Shown here: positions 1 through 10,827 of the stretch, piece after piece
Position numbering within the stretch: the first letter of the stretch is position 1
Layout of the letters: each line of letters begins with the position of its first letter
DNA from: Corallochytrium limacisporum Hawaii
Taxonomy: Eukaryota; Protista; Pluriformea
Direction of reading: 5' to 3'
Assembly: GCA_002811645.1 (NCBI GenBank)
Contig: PDIP01000005.1
Span: 1 to 64,000, forward strand
Length of the DNA stretch: 64,000 nucleotides
Translations under genes and position numbers: made by a program
Notes under the pieces: model-generated
The model's input: only the letters and a program-made list of their open reading frames with translations
What the model was told of the DNA's origin: nothing
The model's database searches: none

Positions 1-339
1 CAGTATGGCAGAGACTGGGCCGGAAGGGAATAGGGGGGGAGGGGGGGGGGGAGGTTTTGGCTTCGGGATTTCGCCATCTCTCCGGCTTCTGCAAAGTGAC
101 CAAAAATGCAAGGAAAACCGGAGACCTCTTTGGGCAACGTTTGCACTCCACGACTGACAACCTAACTCAAGTGCTGTGGCTGAGGATGGGCGGGGTCGTT
201 TAAGTGTCTCTTTGAAAGATCGGCACGGAGAGAGACAGTTCTGATGACGTTGACATGACCCTTTCAACTATTCTACAGATGAAATACACTTTAATATGGT
301 AGATGACATGTACACCAGCAGGACAAATCAGCTATCCAA

Positions 340-1278
340 TCAGTTCTTGCCCGCTTCGGCCGCGGCAAGCTCATCGGGAGCCCTGTGATGTACGGGCCCC
401 GTAGGAGGAAACATTGTGTTCAGTGCCTTCATCACGACCTCGTAAGTGGTCAGAGTTACAGCTGCAGCAGGCACAGCTCTCATCAGCGTTGGACTGAGAC
501 CCTTGTAGAACGCATTGATGCCTCCCTCGGCGAATAAAGACCGTGCACATTCGGGGATGGACATCTTAGTGCCCTCCGGGATGGTCTGGATTCTGCTCTT
601 GATGGAATCAAAGGGATAGCTGGATATCCAATAGCCAACGCCACCTACAGAACCACTGAGCATGGTCTGCCACAAGGGGAGATCGAAAGGCTTCATCGGG
701 TCCTGGCCGTTTAATTTGGCCCAGGAGCGCTTGGCAAACTCAAAGCCTCCGTAGAAGAAAGCATATGCAGGTAATTCACGGAGACAGGTCGCAATGAATC
801 CCTTCATGATGCCTGCAGGTCCTTCTACCTTCACGATGTACTTGACGCAGTCGATAGGACCAGTGTACTTCGGGTTTAAAGCCTCTGTCTGAATCTGCAA
901 ACGACACTTGATCAGTTCTACCGGGGACGCCAGGATTGAGTTTCCAACGCCCGCTACCGCTCCGGACATCATAATTTTTTCTAAACTAAGATTGTTTGTG
1001 GGTGTCTCTCCGAGTGCAGTCTTTGCGCGCCCGTAGAATCCGAACAACAGTGCATTCACGGCAGCTATTCCTACTAGCGGTGAACTCATTCCCTTGTACA
1101 ATGCGAAGAACCCTTCCTTCCGTACTGTCTGTACTGCACAGTCCATAGGACCTGAAAATTTTTGTGGGTGTCCCTGTGTCTGCAGCCTTACTTTGATTGT
1201 ATCCAAGGGGTGTCCGACTAATACTTGCACCATACCCGCCGCGGTTCCGGCAACAAAATCCTTCGCGCCCTCCGACAT
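340..1278 (-). CDS. Mitochondrial carrier (SLC25), carnitine/acylcarnitine or basic amino acid carrier subgroup
   Basis: Three PX[DE]XX[KR]X[RK] signatures (HPLDTIKVR, SPVELIKCR, YPFDSIKSR). First in-frame ATG at 1278 (MSEGAKDFVAG); the ORF-track start at 1308 is GTG. Confidence 0.93.
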   Translation of the reverse strand: MSEGAKDFVAGTAAGMVQVLVGHPLDTIKVRLQTQGHPQKFSGPMDCAVQTVRKEGFFALYKGMSSPLVGIAAVNALLFGFYGRAKTALGETPTNNLSLEKIMMSGAVAGVGNSILASPVELIKCRLQIQTEALNPKYTGPIDCVKYIVKVEGPAGIMKGFIATCLRELPAYAFFYGGFEFAKRSWAKLNGQDPMKPFDLPLWQTMLSGSVGGVGYWISSYPFDSIKSRIQTIPEGTKMSIPECARSLFAEGGINAFYKGLSPTLMRAVPAAAVTLTTYEVVMKALNTMFPPTGPVHHRAPDELAAAEAGKN

Positions 1279-1467
1279 GATAGTTCCATGTGTTTGGGAC
1301 CAGCCCACTTTCTAGATCTAAACTAATGAATCAAACTTGAACGATCTATCATTCTTGAACGCAAAAACAGCCTAAAATAACTGTCCATATGAGTGCCGAT
1401 GTGCTATCATAAAGCCCGAAACTGTTCCCACTGCGCTGTCCCCATGCGAAAAGTTGGTGCCAACGGG

Positions 1468-1482
1468 CCCCCCCCGGGGGGG
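1468..1482. promoter_or_regulatory. C(n)G(n) palindromic homopolymer element upstream of the carrier gene
   Basis: C8G7 about 190 bp upstream of ATG 1278. The sequence is directly seen; the regulatory role is inferred from recurrence. Confidence 0.5.
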
Positions 1483-1626
1483 AGGGGACCAATCTCAAGA
1501 CCCCGAGCAAAGGTAGGGACGCCTTGCCTCTAGAGTGGGGACAATGGTTCGCGGGAGAGACGTAATCACTAGTAGGTGTCTATTCGGTTTCGTTTTGATG
1601 ATGTGCGCTCTGTTAGCATTATGTTC

Positions 1627-2697
1627 TTACTCCTCTTTTCCTTCATCGTCTTCCTTCTCTGCCTTGCCGAACTTCAAAAGGTCTGTTTGATGCGATTTGA
1701 CTGGAATGCTCGTCCACAGAGACTCGAGGTTGTGGAAGGCACGGTCGGCCAGATTCAGGCGCTCAAGTTCAGCCCAGGGCGCTTCCATTACTGTATGTTC
1801 CCTCAACAACTCGTTCTTGTCAATCTCACCCACACACCTGACATCATTGATCCGCACCATCACACTGTCCACGCGAAGGGTGAAGCGTATAAGGCACAGG
1901 AAACGCTCCGGCATGACACGCACTTTGCAGGAGAGTAAGGAATGGCCCGAATCTGCCAGTTCATCCTCGTAGAGCGGTATTTCAGCGTAGAAGAGAATAG
2001 GGTCCGGTCGCTTCAAAGCCTCAAAGTCGATTTTATCATCAGTTTCCTCAGACTGAACTTCTCCACTGGTGACCCCGCAGTACTTGTTAGGTGTATAGGT
2101 CCAGTCGTATGGGTTAATGACCTGTAGATCTTCATCACCCGTCTTTGCAGTGCTGAGCACGGAATCCATGGACATAGACGACTCGCTCTCACCTCCAGCG
2201 GTCGTAGTTGACATCGCTGACTGTGATTCCGAAGTCCCCGCCGCTGAAGGACCCGCTGCTGCTGCTGCTGCCTTGTTTTCCATAAGCTTCTTGTTCAACA
2301 TTTCAATATGCTCCTTCTGCTTTTTGGCTGCAGCTGCTGCTTTCCGTCGGCTCGTGTTCCAGTGCTCTGCATCCTTAACCTTAACTCCCGGATCCTTATG
2401 TGCATTGACATGGGTCAGTGCATCTTCAGCTGTAAACTTCAAGGTTCCTCCGCTGTGGGAAATCTGCAACCAGTTGTGACCAAAGATCATGTCAGGTATG
2501 GCGGGTATCTCCAACCTCTCTTCCAGTGCTTCCATTTCATTGGTGTGCAGGATATGGCTTGAATTGCATCGGATGGTCCAGTCTTTAGCCTCAATACCGT
2601 CCTTCAATGCTTTGAAATGCTCAGGAAGTTTTGGTACCGATGTCTGTCCAGCTGCCGTTGCAGCCGACTTTGCCACGGCTGGATGCCGTGTTGCCAT
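1627..2697 (-). CDS. TIPRL: TIP41/TIPRL PP2A-family phosphatase regulator
   Basis: Family motifs IPDMIFGHN, PYDWTYT, DPILFY..LYEDELADSG, VRVMP..LIRFTLRVD.V..R.ND.R. Confidence 0.95.
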   Translation of the reverse strand: MATRHPAVAKSAATAAGQTSVPKLPEHFKALKDGIEAKDWTIRCNSSHILHTNEMEALEERLEIPAIPDMIFGHNWLQISHSGGTLKFTAEDALTHVNAHKDPGVKVKDAEHWNTSRRKAAAAAKKQKEHIEMLNKKLMENKAAAAAAGPSAAGTSESQSAMSTTTAGGESESSMSMDSVLSTAKTGDEDLQVINPYDWTYTPNKYCGVTSGEVQSEETDDKIDFEALKRPDPILFYAEIPLYEDELADSGHSLLSCKVRVMPERFLCLIRFTLRVDSVMVRINDVRCVGEIDKNELLREHTVMEAPWAELERLNLADRAFHNLESLWTSIPVKSHQTDLLKFGKAEKEDDEGKEE

Positions 2698-3087
2698 GTT
2701 GTCTCTGTTTTGAATAACAAACCGTGATCTCTATTCTGGTTCCTCTATTCATTCAAATCATGCTGTAACTACGGGAAATTCTGACTTCGTCTCTTTCTTA
2801 TTTTAGTCTTGCTAATGTTGTAAGGGTGTTTTCACATAGCTGGACTATCCTGCCTCAAGAAGCCGTCCGGACACCGCAATCGAGGAAAACAGAGAACAAA
2901 GGCCAGGAAAGGGGAGAGGGGGGGGGGTGGCCAAAAAAGCCGCAACCTCGCCCAAACAGAGCCCGGGAGGAAGGTCGGGAGGGCCCCGAAATAAGTGGGC
3001 GTTCGGAGGCGCTCAATAGCACTGGGTCACGTTAGGCACGGGGTGATGTTGTGAACTAGCTAAGCTCATAAGTCGTGTATTGATCTC

Positions 3088-4230
3088 CTAGCCAGTGAGG
3101 AAACGTATCGTGGGCATACGACCCTTGTCTACCTTCACGCCACCGTCAACCATGGCGGTGATTTGCTGGCTTCGGTTGTAAGGGAAAGGTATCGTGTTTG
3201 GGTCAGGGTTGCTTACAGTGTTCAGGCGGTCCATCTGGTCGTCGGAGAGCTCAAAATCAAGACAACCCAGATTGTCCTCCAGTTGCTTGACGGTCCGTGC
3301 TCCGACCAAGGGTGCATCTATACCCATACGCTTCATCCAGTTTACGCTAACCTGCGCACCAGTCTTACCGGTTTCCTTGGCGATGGTCATGACTTCATCG
3401 ACGATCTTCTCGGTCCTCGGGTTCTTAAGATGCAATCCGACGGTGTCTTTGCGACCCGTGGAGTTGTCCATGCCACCTCGGTGCTTTCCGGTAAGCACAC
3501 CCTCAGCCAGGATACCCCAGGGCACAATGCCCAGCCCATTGTCCCGTGCCATTGGTTCCAGATCATACTCCATGCTGCGATCGAGGAGGTTGTAGCGAGT
3601 CTGGAGAGCAATGAAGGGGCTCCAGCCACGCAGCTCAGCCATGGTGTTTGCTTCACTGATCTTCCACGCGGGTGTGTCGCTCACTGCAGCATAGTACACC
3701 TTTCCACTTCGGATGACGTCGTCGAGGGCCCGCATGACTTCCTGCACAGGAGTGCGGTATTCCCAGACGTGGACGTAAAGCATGTCCACGGCACCAAGGC
3801 CCATGCGCTTCAGGCTGCCGTCCAGGCTCTCCACTAGACTCTTACGATGGTTGCCTCCCGCGTTCGGGTTCCTCCAGGTCTTGTCCTTCATGGTCATGTC
3901 ACTGTGGATAGTATACTTGGTGGCAACTACCAGATCGCTACGACGCTGGCCAATCATATCACCAAGGTAGCGTTCACTGTCGCCGTTCTGATAAATATTG
4001 GCGGTGTCAATGAAGTTACCACCTTTACTGATGAACATGTCGAAGACCCTCTTGGATTCTTCAATGCCCTCACCAAAACCCCATTCTAGGCCAAAATTCA
4101 TTGCACCTAGACAAAGCGGGCTGACGCGGAGACCACTGTTTCCGAGCATATGGTACTCGTCTAACTTCGGCACAGGGGCGTACGGGCGATTGCCCTGGAA
4201 GTCACCGAGGGTTGAGAAGTTGCTAGGCAT
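3088..4230 (-). CDS. Aldo-keto reductase (aryl-alcohol dehydrogenase/AKR9-like)
   Basis: LGNSGLRVSPLCLG, GGNFIDTANIY (catalytic D and Y), ATKY (K), YVHVW (H). First ATG at 4230; track start 4260 is not ATG. Confidence 0.93.
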   Translation of the reverse strand: MPSNFSTLGDFQGNRPYAPVPKLDEYHMLGNSGLRVSPLCLGAMNFGLEWGFGEGIEESKRVFDMFISKGGNFIDTANIYQNGDSERYLGDMIGQRRSDLVVATKYTIHSDMTMKDKTWRNPNAGGNHRKSLVESLDGSLKRMGLGAVDMLYVHVWEYRTPVQEVMRALDDVIRSGKVYYAAVSDTPAWKISEANTMAELRGWSPFIALQTRYNLLDRSMEYDLEPMARDNGLGIVPWGILAEGVLTGKHRGGMDNSTGRKDTVGLHLKNPRTEKIVDEVMTIAKETGKTGAQVSVNWMKRMGIDAPLVGARTVKQLEDNLGCLDFELSDDQMDRLNTVSNPDPNTIPFPYNRSQQITAMVDGGVKVDKGRMPTIRFLTG

Positions 4231-4504
4231 CTTGGCTGAAGGTGTATTGTACTCAATCAAAGAGTGTGCGAAACATAGGCGAAGGGGTCTATCTAGCCTC
4301 CTTCGCGGGCCTAAAATAGCTGTCCGCGCATCTGGCTGCTTCAGCTACTGTCACGCCATTGATTGAACGTCTTAGCGGAAATCAGTCGAAGTGCTACCCA
4401 ATGTCACCTGGATCCGTAAACAATCTCGCGATGACATAGTTCCTGTGGACTTGTGACTGTAAGAGGATGGTGGCTTGGCTCTCAGGGTATGCGGATCATA
4501 CTAT

Positions 4505-4524
4505 CCCCCCCCCCCCCGGGGGGG
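4505..4524. promoter_or_regulatory. C(n)G(n) element in the AKR/CYP51 divergent spacer
   Basis: C13G7 about 275 bp upstream of the AKR ATG; a second degenerate copy at 5001-5019 lies upstream of CYP51. Confidence 0.5.
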
Positions 4525-5285
4525 CCTCCATCTCATCTCAAGGAAATTCAGAAGTAATCGAACGATACGTAAAATAGCCACATTATACTTGGTAGTAGAA
4601 AATCTAGAGCGCTGCTGAAGACCGCTGAAGCAAGTACCCGCCTGCCCACTATCGATGCTCCTGTGGCAAACCCTGAACGCAAGACGTATCCCTCGAAAAG
4701 TCTCTTCCTCTGACTCACCGAACTAAACAGATCTGATGATACGCGACCGGGGCCTATTTTGCTCGTACGCAGACCGTGAGTATTTTGTATAACTATTCCC
4801 CTAATACTTTATTCATTGAATTTAGGTACCGGGTAACAAAGACGCTCGCCGTCCCAGTTCATTCAGTATGGAAGAATGGCATGCTTCCCTAATATGTACC
4901 AAAATCTTGCCATATGAGGGAAGCCGCGCGCGACAAAAGTCGGACGGGCCCCAACGCACCATTGGCTGCCCTCCCCTTGGGGGCCCCAGGGAAGGGGATC
5001 CCCTCCCCCGGGAGGAGGGCGAAGCCCGCTCCCAGGCAAAGCACGCATTTCTTTGAAATACAGCCTGAATGGTCAACAAACTGAGGTCTGGCTGAGACAG
5101 CTGGCGGCGCTTCCTAGGTCTCTCCATGAATCGCTTTTTTCACATGCTCTTGTTGTCACCTAAATTGGTGCGGAGAATTTGTTTCGTCCTATGGTATGGG
5201 TATTTTGTGGTACTTGTGGGTGCATCACATGGCCAATACTGGCGCGCACATGTCGCATATCATAGTGGTATCGTGGAAATACACC

Positions 5286-6914
5286 ATGAGCGCGTTCAGA
5301 AGCTTTTTGACTGCGGTTGACCCGCGGGTAGTTGCTGTTGTGGTGATTGTGATCACAATTTACTACTTGAGCCGCCGGGGAAGCCAGCAAAAATTGAATG
5401 AGGATACTCAGAATGGTAAGTACAAACTTCCGCCAATGGCCAAGGGTGGCCTTCCAGTCTTGGGACACGCCGTGCAGTTTGGGACAGATCCCATTAATTT
5501 CTTGACGAAGTGCTACGTAGAGTATGGCGAAGTGTTCAGCATCAATCTGCTGGGCAAGACTTGCACATACCTCGTGGGCCCAAAACCAGCTCCCATCTTT
5601 TTTGCCTCTAAGAACGATGACCTCAACGCCGAGGACGTTTACGCCAATCTGACGGTGCCCGTTTTTGGTCCTGGTGTTGCATACGATGTGCCGAACAATG
5701 TCTTTGCTGAGCAGAAGCGTTTGGTCAAGACAGGTATGGGCAAGGCCCGCATGGCTCTGTTCCCAGCCATGGTTGCGGAGGAGGCAAGTGCTTACCTGGC
5801 CGAACGGTGGGGCTCCATGCTTGGCGGGCTTGAAGATGGAAAGTTTGCCGTTGAGGAGGATCTTTTCGAAGCCATGGCTGAGGTGATTGTATTGACTGCC
5901 TCTCGCTGTCTCCACGGTAAGGAAGTCCGCGCCAAGCTTGCGCAGAGCGGAATGGCTGCCCATGTGCTGGGGGAAATGGACAAGGGGTTCACTCCGGAAG
6001 CATGGCTGCTGCCTCCATGGCTGCCACTTCCTTCCTTCTACCGGCGGGATGTTGCACACAAGCGTCTGAAGAGTCTCTTTGTCGAATGCCTGGAGGAGAG
6101 AAAGCGCAAGTATGAGACGGAGGGATGCCCCGACGGTGTTCCGGACCTGGGTGGGGCGGAGACCAGCGACGATGGAGATCCGAATGTCGACGTCGTGGAT
6201 GCTCTTCTGTACGTCAAGTATCGTGATGGTACCAAACTGCAAGTTGATGAGGCTGCTGGAATGCTCATTGCACTGCTGTTGGCCGGTCAGCACACTTCGA
6301 GTACTACCATTTCTTGGCTACTGTACCACCTTGCCTTGCTACCAGACCTGCAGGAGGAATTGTATAAGGAACAGGAGGAAGTTTACCGTAGGTTCAAGGA
6401 AGCTGATACCGGCACTCCGTTTGGTGTGGACCAGTTGGAAGAAATGGACCTCCTTGGAAGCTGTCTTAAGGAGACTTTGCGCATGCATCCTCCCCTCATG
6501 ACCATGATGCGTACCGTTCGCACGCCTCAGGTTTACAACGATATGGTCGTTCCCCGGGATCATTGTATTTGTGTGTCCCCAACCGTGAACCATCGTCTGC
6601 CCGACGGTCGGTGGGTGGACACTGACACCTTCAACGGACATCGCTTCATGGCCACTAGTCATACCAAGTCGCTCAGCGAAGGTGGTGGCTACGAGTACGT
6701 GCCGTTTGGCGCCGGCCGCCATCGCTGCATCGGAGAACAGTTTGCCACGGTGCAGATCAAGACGGTTGTGAGCGTAATCCTTCGGGAATACGAGATCACT
6801 GCCGACAAGTTCCCCGAAACTGACTACACGACCATGATCCACATCCCCAAGCATCCCCGCGAGGTCCGTCTGCGCCGTCGTGATCAGAAGAAATTTGCGG
6901 TCGGTGCCGCATAA
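5286..6914 (+). CDS. CYP51: Sterol 14-alpha-demethylase (cytochrome P450 family 51)
   Basis: N-terminal TM anchor, NAEDVYANLTVPVFGPGVAYD, I-helix AGQHTS, KETLR, heme motif FGAGRHRCIGE. Start uncertain: in-frame ATGs at 5196, 5229, 5250 and 5286. Confidence 0.96.
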   Translation: MSAFRSFLTAVDPRVVAVVVIVITIYYLSRRGSQQKLNEDTQNGKYKLPPMAKGGLPVLGHAVQFGTDPINFLTKCYVEYGEVFSINLLGKTCTYLVGPKPAPIFFASKNDDLNAEDVYANLTVPVFGPGVAYDVPNNVFAEQKRLVKTGMGKARMALFPAMVAEEASAYLAERWGSMLGGLEDGKFAVEEDLFEAMAEVIVLTASRCLHGKEVRAKLAQSGMAAHVLGEMDKGFTPEAWLLPPWLPLPSFYRRDVAHKRLKSLFVECLEERKRKYETEGCPDGVPDLGGAETSDDGDPNVDVVDALLYVKYRDGTKLQVDEAAGMLIALLLAGQHTSSTTISWLLYHLALLPDLQEELYKEQEEVYRRFKEADTGTPFGVDQLEEMDLLGSCLKETLRMHPPLMTMMRTVRTPQVYNDMVVPRDHCICVSPTVNHRLPDGRWVDTDTFNGHRFMATSHTKSLSEGGGYEYVPFGAGRHRCIGEQFATVQIKTVVSVILREYEITADKFPETDYTTMIHIPKHPREVRLRRRDQKKFAVGAA

Positions 6915-8185
6915 AGAACGATGTTCAGGCCATCGAATTGACGAATGCTTTGATCATCAGGATGGCAGGAAAGATTAGCATGGCGAATTATAGGAACCTA
7001 TGACCCATTCATCGTCGTATGAACCCCTGAGATCGCCGTTGGCCCCGTGCCCCCCCACTAATCTGGAAAACGGGAGTCTATTTCTCATGCTCCTGGGGAT
7101 GGGAGCCACTACTTTACGAAAGACGCTACTATTTTCAGCCATTTTTCCAGTTCAGTACATTCACTATACATCTTTCGTTCTAAGCCTAGGATTACCACCA
7201 CACTTGCTCAAGAGGCAGATATCAAAGCTGCCTGCCCCGTACACAAGGAGTGTTATACCCAACCACTGTTCCGCCGTCAAGAGGACAAACGTGTGTCGGT
7301 GTCTTTGTTGGCCAGGACCGCGTATCGTATCACATCCCCTGATCTGTTCAGGACTGTGGCTCGCCAGAACACTTGTTCTTGATCGAGCACACCCTGGCCC
7401 GCGTCCTTCATCGCTTGGTGTTTGTTTTCTGGTTTGTCGGGAACCCGATGGAGAGGGCATGCTCCGACATGCGGGGAATCCGGCACCCAACATCGATCGT
7501 TATCGTACAAAGTTTGCATTCCAAGGTGCCCAACGCACCTAAATTATGGGGGACTGTAGGCTAAGACTGGCCCCAGGGGAGGCGCGGGTGTGTCTGAATG
7601 CTGGCCTGGGATTGGCTCCAACCCTTCCTTCCTCTCTCGTTCCAAACTAGGCTCCGTTTGCTATTTTTAGAGGTCAAATACTGAATGTACTGCATTTTTT
7701 CGCCAGTTTCTTCCATTTCTGCATTCTGCGAGCTCCTCCCTCCGAAAAGGAACGAAACAGAAAAAAGAAAACAGAAACGACAAACTTTCGGGCGCGGGCA
7801 CTCTGGGAGAAAGCAAAAAAAAAAATGAAACTTACAAAAAAAATGTCGCGCGTCAGCCTGACCAGGGAGGTTGGTAAGTAAGACATGACGTGCTTTTTCG
7901 TTGGCGGCAGCTGCAGCGGTTCACTACGCATGGCCGGCGCACCGCCTTCTGTCGAGACAGATAAGCCGAAAAGACAGAATTTCACTAATATTTTCTATGT
8001 CAGTTAGTTGGTTTTTATTTCCCTCCACTGCGCCTGGCGTGTGCGTGCGTGCGGGGAGGATGTGTTTTTCTTTCTCCCTTTTCATCTTATCTTCTGGTCC
8101 TGGCTTTCTGTTTCAAGGCCAAACCAACCAACCAACCCCCAAACCCCGGTGCAGTGCGCAAGGGTGCCTCTCTTCCGGCCTTTTT

Positions 8186-8285
8186 NNNNNNNNNNNNNNN
8201 NNNNNNNNNNNNNNNNNNNNNNNNNNNNNNNNNNNNNNNNNNNNNNNNNNNNNNNNNNNNNNNNNNNNNNNNNNNNNNNNNNNNN
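8186..8285. other. Assembly gap
   Basis: N run. Confidence 1.
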
Positions 8286-9816
8286 CAAAGAGACTCTATG
8301 GAGACTTGTTCATGCTTCTTCTTGGTTTCTGAAAGCAAATTTGTAGAAAGCCAAAACATCCCCCCTGGGGGCGGGGGAGGGAGGGAGAGAACTCAAAAAA
8401 GTTAGTACTGGATACTCCTCCACTCTCCACAGCACCAACAACCGCAGAGAACCAGGAGCACGGGTATTCCCCGGGAGGGGAGGAGGAGGAGGAGGAGTGG
8501 GGGGGGGGGGGGAGAAGAGTTAAGGACAAGAGAGAGAGAGCTGGGGCCCCGATGATCTTGCGGTGGTGGGTGAGCTCGGGGGCTCGCGAGAACAACACCG
8601 GGTCCCCCTTCCCCATTGGCAGCAAGTGAATCGGAGGAGACATGCCCACTGCGCAACCAAGCCATGTTGATTCACTCTAAACCCCGAACACCGATCGTTC
8701 CTCTTTTTGTGCTATTTGGCCAGGGAGGGTTGGGGGTGGTTACCGGGAAAAGGGGGACAGTTCCCCTTTTTTTTCATTGGCATTTGTTATCATTTCGACT
8801 ACGGAAGGAAAAAAAAAACGAAAGAAAGAACGAAATAATGGGCAAGGAAGAAAAAGGAGGGAAGGGAGGGACCGGGGACGGGGGCGAGTATTTTTCCTTC
8901 CGGGAAATAAAAGTCTATAGGGAACTCTTCCTCCCTTACGGTTTTGGGAGCCGGAGTGCATTGCATTGGGTAACAAAATTACCTTTGGGACGATCCCAAA
9001 GAATTAAAAAGGGCACATTTGAACATTTTAACCCAAAAAAAAAGGAAAACAAAACGGAGCAGCAAAGAGAGAACCAACGAGCACGAATTGATAACGGCCG
9101 TTCTTCAAAAGTGAGAAAAAGGCGGAGAGGGGTGGCCGGGGGGGTTGGGGGCGGAAAACTACTCTGCGCAATCACAAAATGGCAGCCACCACGGGGGTGG
9201 GGGCGGTTCTAGGAGGGCATAGGAGAGGGAAGGAAGGGAGGGAGGGGCAGAGGGCGACGAAGCACAGAGAGAGAGAGCGAGAGAGAGACGCGCGGGCACT
9301 CCACAAGCAAACGAACCGCGCGTGTGTTGCAGGGAGACCCAGTGCTCCGGGAACCCCAACTTTCCTCCTCCCCCCACCCCCCCGGTCCCTGCGCACTCGG
9401 TGTGGCGCCCAGTTTTTTTTAATTTTGTGTCTCGTTTTTTCTTGCTCTTTTTCTTTTCTTGCATCGTCCGAACAGGGACAATCCCCCCTTTCTTCTTGCC
9501 ACGGAGTTTCTTGCGCAGAGCCGGTGATTAGTGGAATCATGCGTAATTACGCACGTAGTATATGATGATATTAGAATCCAAGAATATTAAGTATTGATTT
9601 GGGACCAAAAGAAATTCCCATATACTTATCATAGATCCACTACCGACCTTACGCAGAGGAAAGGACAACGGCGGGCTTTTGGGGGGGGGTGGTTGGAGGG
9701 GACGAGTCTAGCGTTCTTGCCGTTGGTAGCAGCAGCGAGGGGGGGTCTCTCGGTCCCCTCCCCCGAAGTTTGGGTCCCCTTTGTTACTACCGTGTCCTTC
9801 GTCTCCTCCCTCTCCC

Positions 9817-10126
9817 NNNNNNNNNNNNNNNNNNNNNNNNNNNNNNNNNNNNNNNNNNNNNNNNNNNNNNNNNNNNNNNNNNNNNNNNNNNNNNNNNNNN
9901 NNNNNNNNNNNNNNNNNNNNNNNNNNNNNNNNNNNNNNNNNNNNNNNNNNNNNNNNNNNNNNNNNNNNNNNNNNNNNNNNNNNNNNNNNNNNNNNNNNNN
10001 NNNNNNNNNNNNNNNNNNNNNNNNNNNNNNNNNNNNNNNNNNNNNNNNNNNNNNNNNNNNNNNNNNNNNNNNNNNNNNNNNNNNNNNNNNNNNNNNNNNN
10101 NNNNNNNNNNNNNNNNNNNNNNNNNN
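9817..10126. other. Assembly gap
   Basis: N run flanked by C tracts. Confidence 1.
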
Positions 10127-10215
10127 CCCCCCCCCAAAGAAAATATCTTACGCAGTTACCACCCGGTAACTCGCCCAGGGAAATTTCAGAAGTTTGAAAA
10201 TTGAATTTTTGCGCG

Positions 10216-10248
10216 AGAGAGAGAGAGAGAGAGAGAGTGAGTGAGTGA
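10216..10248 (+). repeat. (GA)n/(GAGT)n microsatellite
   Basis: Directly visible run. Confidence 0.9.
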
Positions 10249-10827
10249 AATAAAACTAAATCACCCTCCTCCCTTGCCCCGCAACTGCACTCGTACGTTA
10301 GCCACTCCTTCCTGCTCAAGGGCGTGCATTTCCCTTCCCCCCCCTTTGGTTTGACCAGTGTGGGTTTCTTCTGGGGAGAGTTTGCCGTGTGCACGCACAG
10401 TCACGTAATACGCACACACTCACACTCACACACATACACAGTCTCTCTTATGCCCGTCTGAAGGACACAAGGTGGCACACACACACACAATAGTGTCCAT
10501 GTTCTTCGCGTCCGCGCACATCGTTTCGGACACGCGTAACCACCGCGTTTGGTCGAAGTTTGAGTTTCAAAAGGGCGCACGGTTACTAACGTGATCGTGG
10601 TACTTGAGGCCGATAAATGTGCACGGATTATACATATAGTAAAATACCTGAACATGATATGAAGTGAAATATCGGATAGGTGTGGGATGTGTCGAACAAA
10701 CATTGCCCTTATTTATTCAGCGGAAACCTTTAACGCCGCCCTGTAGGCACGCCGTTCGGAGTGTTCTTAGGAAAGCCAAGTTAGTCCAACCGCTCACTAG
10801 CAAGCAATCTCGTAACGTGGCACAAAT

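Noticed and set aside
5415-5420. GTAAGT donor-like hexamer within CYP51
   Set aside because: The ORF reads through and the following PP/LGHA region is intact, so no intron is needed.
5160-6293. 377-aa ORF antisense to CYP51
   Set aside because: Shadow ORF of a well-supported gene, with no recognisable motifs.
7000-7564. Short ORFs downstream of CYP51
   Set aside because: No family motifs on either strand.
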